The notes below the pieces were generated by a model. That model was given only the letters and a program-made list of their open reading frames with translations, did not search any database and was not told where the DNA came from. Source: Octopus vulgaris (Eukaryota). Taken from it: 64,000 nucleotides of DNA. How positions within the stretch are numbered: the stretch's first letter is position 1; the number at the start of each line of letters is the position of its first letter. Both the position numbers and the translations under genes were made by a program. The stretch is from positions 4,464,001-4,528,000 of the forward strand of contig OX597821.1 of the NCBI GenBank assembly GCA_951406725.2, given 5' to 3'. Positions 40,983 to 53,442 of the stretch are shown one piece after another.

Positions 40983-41543
40983 TTGGGTAGTCCGGAAAGT
41001 TCGTGCCGATGTATAGTAGCTTAAATTTCGACTTATTTTAGAACATGGTTGAGTCCATAAAATAGAATTTGACTACACCCCAATTTAGAGCACAGTTTAA
41101 TCTATTTTTTGTGGAAGAAGATTTATGTTCCTATAACCTGTGTTAATTAAGTAACCCTTTAAAATGGAAGATAAGAAGTTCATTTTCGGCACTTGGTGCT
41201 TTGGGAACCAGATGAAAATTGCTGCAGCTCGGCTGGGATGTGTTATCTCACCCTCCATATTCACCAGATATTGTTCCTTCGGATTTCCACTTATTCAGGA
41301 CTCTACATGATAGTTTTAATGGTAAAAAAATCAATTCCTTGGATGACGTAAAAAGATACCTTGATGAATTATTTGCCATGAAACCACCTCAATTCTGGGA
41401 AGAGGATATTTTCAAGTTAAAGGAAAAATGGAGACGCATTGTGCCACAAAATGGTTCATATTTGATTGATTAAAAATGTAATGGCAAGTATTTATTGACT
41501 TTTTCTTCCTATAAAAACCGGCATGAATTTCCGGACAAGCTAA
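40983..41543 (+). mobile_element. Internally deleted mariner element
   Basis: Inverted ends TTGGGTAGTCCGGAAAGTTCGTGCCG and CGGCATGAATTTCCGGACAAGCTAA-TA. ORF 41219-41473 (GWDVLSHPPYSPDIVPSDFHLF..W..NGSY) is joined almost directly to the N-terminal MEDK. Confidence 0.88.
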
Positions 41544-41930
41544 TACTTTTATTCTATTAGCTTCTTTCCTGGAAGTTCCGCTCTTTGGAAATAATTACCA
41601 TCATATTCTTTTCCTCGCCTATATATTTAATTCTTTACAATTTCTGTCAAGTGACATCTTTTCAATTTGTAGGCCCCTTACGCGAAAGTACTCTCGTCAT
41701 TTTGTGGGGAGGTTTACTACGACGGACAAGCAGACCAATTAATACATAATCACATAAACAGCAATACAATCCGTGCTTTTAAAGTAGACTCCAATTTCCT
41801 CTCTTATCACAATATGCCACTGGGTATTCAAAAAAAAACTTACAAAGATACTCTGCAAAGCACATAGGTTAACCAGGATGAAATGACGCTGGAACTCTGA
41901 AATCTTGTATGCATTGATTTCAATGTCTCT

Positions 41931-42155
41931 TATTAATCCTTTCTCCCCTAGCAACAAGACCTGGAATTTTAGGGGAGAAGAATAGTCGATAACATCGAAC
42001 CTAGTACTCACTGGTACTTAATTTATAGACTCCGAAAGGATGAAAGTCAAAGTCGACCGACACCGGTGGCGTTTGAACTCAGAACGTGGAGACGAACGAA
42101 ATACCCGCAAATCATTTCGCCTGGCGTGCTAACGATTGTGCCAGCTTGCAGCCTT
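41931..42155 (-). mobile_element. SINE family B
   Basis: Homologous to 40524-40740 over its full length. Confidence 0.75.
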
Positions 42156-42204
42156 GCACTTCACATTAATAACAATATTGTTTACTTCTAGGCAAACTGA
42201 TACT

Positions 42205-42538
42205 CGACTGGATTTTGATGGACGCTGTTTGTGAATGTTGTTTTTAAATGGTAGATAATCCTCCCTATTCTCTTGATTCGGCCTCATCTGATTATCATTT
42301 ATGATCCAACATGAAACAACATTCCGTAGGGAACAAGTGTCACAGTGATGATGACGTCACATCTGCTGTTGATGACTGTCTTAACAAACATGTTAAAAGG
42401 TCCTTTACCAGCGGGATCCAAGTGCTCTTAAACGTATGTACACTGCAAGGGGGACTATGGTGAAAAATAAACACTTTTGCTTACAATTCCTGAGAGTGTC
42501 TTGGTCAGCATATAAATGTTTCGGCCGGCCCTCATGTA
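42205..42538 (+). mobile_element. Mariner 3' fragment
   Basis: VDNPPYSLDSASSDYHL*SNMK..DDDVTSAVDD..GDYGEK*, followed by a TIR-like end. Confidence 0.65.
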
Positions 42539-42646
42539 CTGGGTAACATTATATGAAGTAATCTCTTTCAATATAGATACACACGCATGTATATACGTAC
42601 ATGTGCGTGTGCACGTGCGTGTATCTTTGTTTGAGTTATTATCTTT

Positions 42647-42688
<42 letters not shown>

Positions 42689-42894
42689 GAATATATATAT
42701 ATATATATACATGCATAAATACATATTACATAGATACATATATCGCATACATACGTATTACGTACATACATATGTTGCGTAAAAATATATCACATACATA
42801 CATTCATATATATATATATACATATATATATACAAATATATATATAGAGAGAGAGAGAGTGAGAGAGAGAGAGAGATACTCTTTTACTTGTATA

Positions 42895-43280
42895 CTCTTT
42901 TCATTGTTTCAGTCATTTGACTGCGGCCAGACTGGAGCACCGCCTTTAGTCGAGCAAATCGACCCCATGACTTATTGTTTGGAAGCCTAGCACTTATTCT
43001 ATCGCACTCTTTTGCCAAACCGCTACGTTACTGGTACATAAACACACCAGCATCGGTTGTCAAGTGATGTTGGGGTGAGGGAAAAACACAGACATACAAA
43101 CAAATACACACGCATACATATATACATATACGGGCTTCTTTCAGTTTCCCTCTACCAAATCCAATCACAAGGCTTTTGTCGGCTCGCGGCTTTAGTAGAA
43201 GACACTTGCCCAAGATGCCACACAGTGGGACTGAACCTGAAACCTTGTGGTTGGTAAACAAGCTACTTACCACAGAGCCA
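42895..43280 (-). mobile_element. SINE family A, best-preserved copy
   Basis: The minus strand has A-box-like TGGCTCTGTGG, B-box-like GGTTCAGTCCC, CTTGGGCAAGTGTCTT, an internal (TA/TG) tract and tail CAAATGACTGAAACAA. Confidence 0.8.
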
Positions 43281-44196
43281 TATAATATAAATCAACAAAA
43301 AAACACACAGAAGCAGTGATTTGCTAATAAGAATTATAACTCTAACCATATTACTATCTTGCTGTGTGTCATTTTCATTTATTTTAGTTACAGACGGATA
43401 ATTGACCCATACAAACTTCCTTTATGTTACAATTGTTTTACTATCTTGGTTATGCACTAGACTTTCAACATTTGTGTTCTAGATCCACCTTCTGCATCTT
43501 CCCGGTAAACAGAAGCAGTAGACAACATATATCTTTATATCCCAATTCTTATAAAACTGATAAACCCGTTCTTGTACAATAAAACCAAAATCAATATTTA
43601 CTGAAGTGGAGAAATCTATCTACACACGTCTTACCTTAATATGATTCGTTGACTAAATTTGGAAAATATAGAAATGCAATTTGTTTACATATTTTCTTTT
43701 GGTGTTCAGTAATCAACAAACGCCAGGCTATAGTTTTAAGTAAAGCGGATGAGTTTTCACAGACACAGAATAAATTAAATATTACTATTTCCAACTATAA
43801 ATAACACAAAACTCTAATTATATTTTTGAATAAATAAGGTTGTCACAGTCTCTTACAAAATATTCTATAGTCTTGCTATAAATTTCAGGCTTGCCTTCTG
43901 CATAGCACATACAAAAACGGGTGCGTATTGTATAGGCAATTTATAGAGAGTTGAAAAAATCGCATAACTGATATTATTTGAACAGATAATTAAACAAAAC
44001 TCTTTTTAGGAGTGATTGCGATATTAATGTAACAAACAAGGGAGGCAACTAAAGTATTTCAGCTCATAGAAATTTCTAGACAATCTCAGCAAGACTGATT
44101 GAAAAGAATTTGAACTTTACAGCCACAGGTGTTAAGAATTCTATCTGTCGGACCTATGTTTCTCTCTATATATGTGTGTTTGTGTGTGTCTGTTTG

Positions 44197-44236
<40 letters not shown>

Positions 44237-44440
44237 CAAAATATGCAACAAGGATATCCAGATGTAATGCAGTACGATCGTTTCATGCGACTCCATGTAA
44301 AACGAGCGCACTGCATTACCTCTTGAAATCCTTGTTGCTTATTTTGATTATAATCACCTTATTTTAATGTATATGGATCATACCACACTAGATTTTGGTG
44401 CCTTCAAGTTAAGTACCATATTCATCTGAATCTATATTTA

Positions 44441-44483
<43 letters not shown>

Positions 44484-44519
44484 TCACACACACATATACA
44501 TATATATACATACACACAC

Positions 44520-44877
44520 ACACCTACTCATGCACACACGTACATGTCAACGTCACCATCCCCTTCCATACGCACATACACGCTCCGTCATACATACGCA
44601 TGCGCACCTTCGTGTTGAGATCAACTCTATTTTATTATCTCCCCTTTTTCCTAGTGATCCGATCTGACCTCTCTGTCCGGCTTTCGCCATGTTAGATCTT
44701 TAGCCACTAAACCTTTTTTTCTATTTTCTCTCCCTGTTTATTTCTATGTTCCTTTCTGTCAAAGAACGTAGAGTCGAAACGTAAAAGACGTTCTCACTTC
44801 CCGAGCGTTAAACTAAGACTTCACTTCGTTGTTTATACACCCGTCTTCCTCGTTTGCTTTTTTGTAAATTCTCACGA
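44520..44877 (+). mobile_element. Family H2 repeat with hammerhead-like motif
   Basis: 44694-44875 is homologous to the reverse complement of 9713-9892. CTTT-CTGTCAA-A-GAACgtagAGTC-GAAAC-GT-A-AAAG lies at 44752-44787. Confidence 0.55.
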
Positions 44878-44883
44878 TATATA

Positions 44884-45479
44884 TGGTGTAATTTCGTATA
44901 CTAAGCAGTAAAACGTGTAGCTACATTCAAGTGGCTGATGAATGTTACTGCTAGTTTAACACCAGGCAGATTCTCCGCCAGCTTGTTTTCGGTGCAAGCT
45001 CTGCATCCATTATGTACAATAGATTACTCGCAAGGGGAGTGAAAGCCTACTACCCTCAAACAGCCAACAGGATCGCGGGACCGCCGTGTTACGAGTTATT
45101 TGGCTCACGTCAGCCGCGCGCACCTGCGCAATGGAATGATTAATAAGATACGCTACTGTCAGTGATATAGTGTAATCAAAGTGACCATCGGTCACTGCTT
45201 TGCAACAAGCAGAATAGCCAGTTATATAATCTCCAGAAGAGATAGAGAGGTAGCGTATACTGAATAGTAAAACGAGTAGCCACGTCAAAGTGGCAAATGA
45301 ATGTTACTTCTAGTTTAAGCCCAAGCGGATTCTCCACCATCTGGTTTTCGGTGCAATGCTCTGCACCCTTTATGTATCATTGATCCTGTCAGCTGTTGAA
45401 GGGCAGTAGGGGTTCGCTATCCCCGCTAGCGATGCATTATACATAAAGGGTGCAGAACTTGCACCAAAAACAAGCTGGA
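44884..45479. repeat. LTR- or pLTR-like unit with a partial direct copy and a partial inverted copy
   Basis: 44895-45020 recurs directly at 45254-45380. 44977-45074 recurs inverted at 45382-45479. Confidence 0.7.
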
Positions 45480-45498
45480 TTTACTGTTTATATATATA

Positions 45499-45775
45499 TC
45501 CGGACCGGGCTGCGTGTTGTGTTCTTGAGCAAAGCACTTTATTTCACGTTGCTCCAGTTCACTCAGCTGTAGAAATGAGTTGCGACGTCACTGGTGCCAA
45601 GCTGTATCGACCTTTGTCTTTCCCTTGGATAACACTGGTGGCGTGGAGAGGGAGGCTGGTATGCATGGGCGACTGCTGGTCTTCCATAAACAACCTTGCC
45701 CGGACTTGTGTCTAGGAGGGTAACTTTCTAGGTGCAATCCCATGGTCATTCATGACCGAAGGGGGTCTTTACCCT
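45499..45775 (+). mobile_element. 5'-truncated SINE (family D)
   Basis: GTTGTGTTCTTGAGCAAAGCACTTTATTTCACGTTGCTCCAGTTCACTCAGCTG, a core shared with GTTGCTCCAGTCCACTCA at about 57775. Confidence 0.55.
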
Positions 45776-45789
45776 TTATATACAAACAA

Positions 45790-46170
45790 AACGGCCTCCG
45801 TCCAATGGACGATGATGAGTTGTCAAACATTGAAACCAAATTTTCTCAAAACATCTTGTCCGAATGTCGCATAGGCCTCCCCTTTGAGAAACGCTGATTT
45901 AACATAAATTTTGAAACACCAGCGAAAGAAGAAATAAAGATAGACTTTTTTCTATTCCAAGAAAAGCGATTTTATAAAAGCACGTTTCCACGGTTTTATC
46001 GATCGCATTCTCACCGGGAATCGATTTTTTGTAATTTTTTCAAGACTACATATCAAATCTGAGCGCAATCGGATGGGGGATGCCCGAAATACTAGAAGAC
46101 ACACACAGATAGACAGAACGGTTTTTATATAATATAATATAATATATATATATATATATAGGGAGAGAGA
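45790..46170 (-). mobile_element. Possible non-autonomous Helitron-type 5' end
   Basis: The minus strand has (TC)..TATATAAAAACCGTTCTGTCTATCTGTGTGTG, a layout typical of Helitron-N 5' ends. No 3' hairpin/CTAG end confirmed. Confidence 0.3.
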
Positions 46171-46772
46171 TAAAAAAGAGAGAGACAGATTATTCATGTT
46201 GATTTCCTCTTCGTATCTGATGACAGCTGTCTCATTTTCAGCAGGAGTGCTCTGGTTTATGTTCATTACAATAGGACTATATGAAATACTAATTGAATCA
46301 AGGAATGAAATGATAGCTAGACATATGTACGCCACTTGATTTAATTGACAAAAGCTTGTAGAGCATCTTTCACACGCTCTGTCTTGCCTTAGTAGGTTCC
46401 AGTGACATGCACCGCAAGACGACTGGTACCGTTTGGACTGGAAATTTTATATAAAAGTAACTTTTTATCAGGAATAGTTGCTTTTCCTATAGCTTTCCCA
46501 ATAATAACTGCAGCCTTGTATACTCCTCGGGAATATATTTTTTCCCGTAGGGACACCAGGAGCTACTAGCTGATTAGTATAGAACTGGGAGTGATAATGA
46601 TATCACGCAGCCTACAAATGCATTGCATCCGAACTAGAACCCCACGATCGGACGCAGTTCAATATATATATATATATATATAAACATATATGTAAATACA
46701 CACACGCAGATAAACTTCGGAGGCAGTTTAATATATACATACATATATATATATATACACATATATACATAC

Positions 46773-46815
<43 letters not shown>

Positions 46816-47479
46816 TATATACATACATACATACATACATACATACATACATACATACATACATACATACATACATACATACATACATACATCAATACAT
46901 TCATACATTCATACATACATATGCATGAAAGAAGGTTTGAAAATGCAATTTAAAGATGACTATTCATTTGAACGGTTTCACTTTATTAGAAAAAAGATTG
47001 TCAGAATTAAAATGTAAAGCTTTGTATGAGCTTTGATGTTTTACGTACTGCTCATCACAAAAGTATTAAAATACAGTTATACATTCTTTCATAGTAAGAA
47101 GAAATGTTAAAAACTGTTTACAAGATCTGTGCAGCGGGAACTCGTCGTCGCCGTAAAAGTATGCTATATGGTATTGTAAAATAAAAGGTATATATATATA
47201 GTGGCTGCCCCCTCGTTATCGAGTATGGCCATTGCATGAAGCTTAATCAATTTTGTTATCGTGCAATACTTGTGCAAGAAGATTTTTTTAAAGTAAAGAA
47301 AGGCTGTGCACTGAGTCAATCCTACTCGCTAAGCAACAACATCCATAATCCGAAAAGAAGAACAAGTCAACATCATCGGTAACCACTGAGCTGCAGGTTT
47401 TATATCGGAGTTATCCCAGTTACCTGAGGTACTTTCTCCTAGAAGGATGTATATATATATATATATATACATACAAACG

Positions 47480-47508
<29 letters not shown>

Positions 47509-47514
<6 letters not shown>

Positions 47515-47846
47515 GTGTATATTGGCAGGGCTGGCCTGCTAGGTAGCCGGCCAGAATGCTAGAAATGGGGTTAGTCTTGCGGTTTGCATCTCGAGGACCG
47601 AATGTACTGAAGAAGTCACGGACACTTGAATTATGCAAGTAATTCTTTTGTTAAGACCGAAACCGAGGTATGCATTTAAGTCTGTTTTTATTTAATTTTT
47701 CATATGTCCTTCCCCCCAAATTTGGTTCTGGTGTTCGCTGAATTCTTCCTCTAGAGAATTTCCCTTGTAGTTTGATCGTTTATGATCTATTTCTAGCATT
47801 CTGGCCGGCTACCTAGCAGGCCAGCCCTGCCAATATACACATATAT
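47509..47846 (+). mobile_element. Element with perfect ~58-bp inverted arms enclosing a hammerhead-like fold
   Basis: ATATATGTGTATATTGGCAGGGCTGGCCTGCTAGGTAGCCGGCCAGAATGCTAGAAAT (47509-47566) is the exact reverse complement of 47789-47846. Confidence 0.85.
47576..47668 (+). ncRNA. Putative type III hammerhead ribozyme
   Basis: Stem III CGGT(47580-83)/ACCG(47662-65); cleavage triplet GUU (after 47584); stem I TGCAT/ATGTA; core CTGAAGA (47607-13); stem II (A)GTC/GAC(C); GAAA at 47659-62. Confidence 0.55.
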
Positions 47847-47934
47847 TTGAATTTTCTCTGACTCCTCAGATTTTTTGAATGCTGGACTACTGGTTTTAAA
47901 ATGATATTAAAATTAATATTAATTTATCTCCCTC

Positions 47935-48032
<98 letters not shown>

Positions 48033-48838
48033 TTGTGAGGCTCAATGACCCAGTTTTTGAGCGAAAATACTCCGGCTGTATTTATGCGCTGCAACTTTTT
48101 GTCACTCTTTCTTCTGATGGCCTGCTCGCTTAGCCAGCGAGGTGGCGTCATTTGAAGGCTAAAAAAATGCGAAGCGCATTGTGACCAGCGAGGTGTAGCA
48201 ACATCTGATAGCCTGGTCAGTCACGTGATATCATGTGTTTCATATGATATACATGTATTAGCTGTGTGAAATCCTACTGTACGCATTTTGGGAATCGGCC
48301 TAAGTTCAAGTAATAAGTGGATGAAGCAAGCCGTTAAAACTTATAAACTATATAGTAACTTTGTCGAACCACTGTGTCTATGAATATTGCATAAGCTTTG
48401 AAGAGCTTAGTTCATATAACTCTAAGAAGCTTTCACAATATGTAATTATTCCACGCTTATCATGCAAAAAAAGATACTAAAATTGATGAGCTATTTGTTG
48501 GTTGGTAAAATCTAATTTCAAAACAAAACAAATTGGGCGTGAATAGAGCAAAACCAGAATTGTAGTCTTTCGTCTTTATGTCTAGAAGATACATAAATAC
48601 AATGACAGATACTACACAACAAAATTAACATGAGAATAAAATATATTCATATAAACAAATGTGATTTTATTCCCACCATGCAGACTAGCCATAAACAAAC
48701 AACACTTGGCGGAATTCAAACAGAAACACATTAGAATAGATAAATGCATGCAAGTGTAGAAATTGTTTGAACTACACTGAGTATATATACGTATTCCTAT
48801 ATATATAACTATATATATATGCATATATGCATACACAC

Positions 48839-48901
<63 letters not shown>

Positions 48902-49025
48902 GCAACAATAGATTGCATCAAATAGAAAAGAATTCATTGAAATATAAACAATATATCTTTACACACACGTTTACTTGCAAATTTATAAATTACTTTTGGC
49001 ATGTTTCATATATACATGCATATGT

Positions 49026-49068
<43 letters not shown>

Positions 49069-49343
49069 ATATGCAGCTATAGACGAATATGCATGGACAT
49101 GTATTAATGCATACGTATATGCATGCAAGCAGCTAAAATAACAGATATAATACACCTTATGTTTGAAGTAGATATGCGTTAATATAATCTCATGAATTTT
49201 AATCGCATTTGTTTTACAAGAGACAAAGAAAGCTTTTAAAAGTAGATATACCAGTATTTATTTTCCATCAATTTACAACAAATAAAAAGCCAACAACTAA
49301 ATGTATATCTTTACAGCCATCCTTTTATCTGAAGAATAATATA

Positions 49344-49375
<32 letters not shown>

Positions 49376-50299
49376 AATCGATATATAAAATGAAATAATT
49401 CTTTATAAATATGTATAAAATAAAACCATTACAGTTTCGGAGTAAGTCATGCTTAGAGCATTTAGGAAACAATACCAAATAAAAATAGCATTTAGTAAAT
49501 TCCATTTGGCGCCATAGCGAGACACAGTTCTTAAACAACTGCCTCATATCGCATACGAAATAACGTGGCAATTGCACTATATGCTTGGATTGTGTGTCGC
49601 AACGTAAGCATATTTCTTAGTTGCTTTCACACAAAAGCAGGGCTGTGTTGTGTTTGTTTTTTAGCTTGTTAGTTTCCATGTTATATATAGTTATATTAAC
49701 AGAGATCACGGAATAGCGAACAACTTCCCTAGATAACCGATGCTAATACTAATATATTTTGAAATAACTGTCTTCATCTGATGTAATGGTGGGTATTACA
49801 TATGATTGTCGTGAACGAATGAAACGTAATAGAAAAATAAAACATTACCAAAACCAACGCAACGGTCTTAATGACAACAAACATTCATAGACATTAAAGA
49901 TTTAAGTCACATTTGTAGACTATATATAACGACTACACATTTCCCATTTTGATCAATACCTTTGAGCTGTACTATGTTTAATTGATTTATAAGTGTTTCT
50001 ATCTATCTATATATCTGAAAAAAATTGACGTTGTGTATTCTGCAGAAATCTAAAAAAAGATTCTTGAGATTTCTGGTAACTTCTTGTCAACAATTTTCAA
50101 GTTAGCATAAACTAGTTAACATAAACTGCTAAATAGATTACCATGTGATAGCTTTAAAATGTTAACAATAATGGTTTCATTAATCAAATCAAAAGTAGCC
50201 TGTAACATCGACATCTGTACAAGATATAGCGTGCGCTTGAATTTAAAAAACGTGCAGAAAATAAAGGGACAGAAAGAAAACATTTGAACGTATTAATAA

Positions 50300-50445
50300 T
50301 ACTTCCTACTATGGGCACAAGGCTTGAAATTTGGGGAAAGGGACTAGCCAATTTCATCGACCCCAGTGTTTCACTGGTACTTAATTTATCGACCCCAAAA
50401 ATATGAAAGGTATAGTCGACCGTAGCGGAATTTGAACTCATGAAC
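50300..50445 (-). mobile_element. SINE family B, 3' half
   Basis: TTCTACTATGGGCACAAGGCTTGAAATTTGGGG..GGTACTTAATTTATCGACCCC..GCGGAATTTGAACTCA. Confidence 0.7.
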
Positions 50446-51344
50446 TTATTATCAATAATACTTGTAACGATGGATTTTTTTAAACTATAAAATGAGATTT
50501 GTAGTCTATTTTTCTATATATACTAATCAACAGATTATTAGGTAGTAAATTTCTTCAATATGTTTCGCATTTTTGTGGGGTTATACAATATTTTTAGCAA
50601 TTTTTCTCTCAGCAGATAAATTTAGTTATCGCCAGAAATTCGCACATAGCCTACAAACCAATCAACAATGAAAAATTCCCACTTATACAAAATTTCAACT
50701 GACATCTTAGAACATGTATAATTACGCTCCTTTGGTGCACTTTCTTAAAGAAAAGTGGTACGTATATCTGTGAAAAGAATTGAAACCGGAACCACACAGC
50801 TCACAAAACGAATTTCCTAAACACACACGCACAATCATGCTTTCATCTTTTGATACACGATTCTCAGTAGGGGCCACTATACAAATATTTCTGCTATTAC
50901 AACTTAACTTCTTGTACACCACTCGATGGTGCCGACTACAAAGCGTTATAATAATTTCACCGCTCCAACTATGTTAGGCGACTCTGCAGTCATAATGTCA
51001 ATAAACAGCTTCTTCCCGGAATTCGCCATTCTGTTATGGAATGTTCTAAGAAATGATAAACATCCAAATCTAAATGTTCCAGTCACGTATCAGACAATGA
51101 AACAAACAGTTTCGGAACTAATGCTTCCGTTCAAACCACGTCTTGTGTAACCATTATAACTCGATTTGTTCCGGTTGGATCTCTCCTTCAATAGATGCTC
51201 TCATATTATATTATATTGAATCTAATTCAAGATCTGATCTGCTGACTGTTTTGTTCGCTCTTTTCCCCTCACAAAAGTAGTTTTGTTCTCAAATTACTAA
51301 ATCAAGATCAAGATATAACAGAAAAATGAGAGAGCGAGGGGGAA

Positions 51345-52074
51345 GATGGAGAAGAAGAAGAAAAAGAAGAAGAAGAAGAAGAAGAAGAAGAAGAAGAAGA
51401 AGAAGAAGAAGAAGAAGAAGAAGAAGAAAAATGAAAAAGCAGAAGAAGAAGAAGAAGAAGAAGAAGAAGAAGAAGAATAAGAAAAAGAAGAAGAAGAAGA
51501 AGAAGAAGAAGAAGAAGAAGAAGAAGAAGAAAGGGTGAAAGAGAAAGAGAGAGCAATGAACATACAAATAAAATAAAAGAACTTTGAATCTTTTAAGTAA
51601 TAAATTGGTGAAAATCATTATAAATTCATGACTCGATACAAAAATAAGTTTCGAATGAAAACGTTTAACCGAAAAACGAAAGAAAAAAAGATGGCAAAAA
51701 TAGGGGAAATTACTACAAACAATGAAAGTTTGCTAAGAAGAGAGAAATAACAGCTTGAACGAAAGTGAAAACAATCATGAGAGCACTGAGAGGAGAAGAG
51801 GTAGTAGTAAGAGTAGCAGTAGCAGTGACAACAGCACTAACAGCAAATGAAGGGGAAGGAGAAGAAGTGGAGGTGTAGGAGATGACAGCGATGGAGTTGA
51901 AGAGAGAAACAAGTAGGAGTGTTAGGGGTAAAGGAAGAGGAGAGCTTTATTGTTCTTTTGTCTACAATGAAGACCTCAAATATAATAGGCGGAGGAGAAC
52001 ATGAAGAAGATGAAGAAGGAGAAGAAGGAGAGCAAGAAGCAGGAGGAGGAAAAGGGAAAGAAGAAAAAGAAGAA

Positions 52075-52152
<78 letters not shown>

Positions 52153-52263
52153 CAACAACAACAGCAGCAGCAGCATCGACATTATAAAGATGTGGGCCGA
52201 AAGAAGTAGCAGAAAGGAGAGGGATGTGATATGATGTTGACGGTGAGGGTGTTGAAGATGATA

Positions 52264-52322
<59 letters not shown>

Positions 52323-52646
52323 AAAGAAGAAGAATGAGGAGGAGGAAGAGAAGAAGAAGAAGATGAAGAAGAAGAGAAGAAGAAGAAGAACAACAACAAC
52401 AACAAGAACAATAAGTACAAGAAAAAGAAGAAGGAGAAGAAGAAGAAGAAGAAGAAGAAGAAGAAGAAACAGAAGAAGGAGGAGGAGTGGGAGAAGAAAA
52501 AGAAGAAGAAGAAGAAGAAACAGAAGAAGGAGGAGGAGTGGGAGAAGAAAAAGAAGAAGAAGAAGGAGAAGAAGAAGAAGAAGAAGAAGAAGAAGAAGAA
52601 GAAGAAGAAGAAGAAGAAGGAGAAGAAGAAGAAGAAGAAGAAGGAG

Positions 52647-52680
<34 letters not shown>

Positions 52681-52865
52681 AAGAAGAAGAAGAAGAAGAA
52701 GAAGAAGGAGAAGGAGAAGAGGAGAAGAAGAAGAAGAAGAAGAAGAAGAAGAAGAAGAAGAAGAAGAAGAAGAAGAAGAAGAAGAAGAAGAAGAAGAAGA
52801 AGAAGAAGAAGAAGAAGAAGAAGAAGAAGAAGAAGAAGAAGAAGAAGGAAAGAAGAAGTGAAGAT
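51345..52865. repeat. Purine-rich (GAA)n/(GAT)n/(GAG)n microsatellite cluster
   Basis: (GAA)n at 51350-51530 and 52325-52860; (GAT)n at 52075-52146 and 52257-52322. Confidence 0.95.
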
Positions 52866-53442
52866 ACAGCCACAACGATAATAATGAATACATTTTTTTG
52901 ATTTTTTGGGGTTTTTTTTCGAAAAAATAATAAAAGGGTTACCAACTAATTAGATTTTTTGTTAGAGATTTCTACTCCGATCCGATTGGGTTGGGGGGTG
53001 TTCTTTTGTTTTTGATTTTTGGGGGTTTTTTTTACGTATTTATATACTCATTCCTTTATTTTAGTCGTCCGAAAAAAATTCTCACAACAATAAACAAAAT
53101 AGCAATTGTACTGACAGATTAATAAAATTCAGGAAACACTATATAAAGAATTGTACGAAACTAAACAAACATTCGGAAGACAAGGAAACGAAAGAAAAAT
53201 CACCGAAACGAAAAAAGAACAGAAAAAAATATATACATAAATCCGTGCGTTTTATTGTTAGAAATAGTTAAAATGTAATTAAGGTGAACATAAGAAGAAA
53301 TGTACTGTATTTTTAAAGAAAGCAAAAAAAAAAAAATAGTACGTAAAGCTTATTTGGTATTAACCAATACAAATGTCTTACAGTTTAAAGAGAACATGTA
53401 GTTCTGTCGGGTTGGATTACAAGTTATGTATATATGCATATA

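Noticed and set aside
44935-44965. CTGATGA followed by a TGTTA/TAACA stem as a hammerhead
   Set aside because: There is no GAAA after the stem, and the paralogous copy at about 45295 reads CAAATGA.
50722-51150. Cys-containing short ORFs as a host exon
   Set aside because: No recognisable domain or convincing splice pair.
51919-52945. Long ORFs (327, 305 and 216 aa) of poly-F/S/R/E/H/D
   Set aside because: They are translations of (GAA)n/(GAT)n microsatellites that are open in several frames, with no non-repetitive domain.
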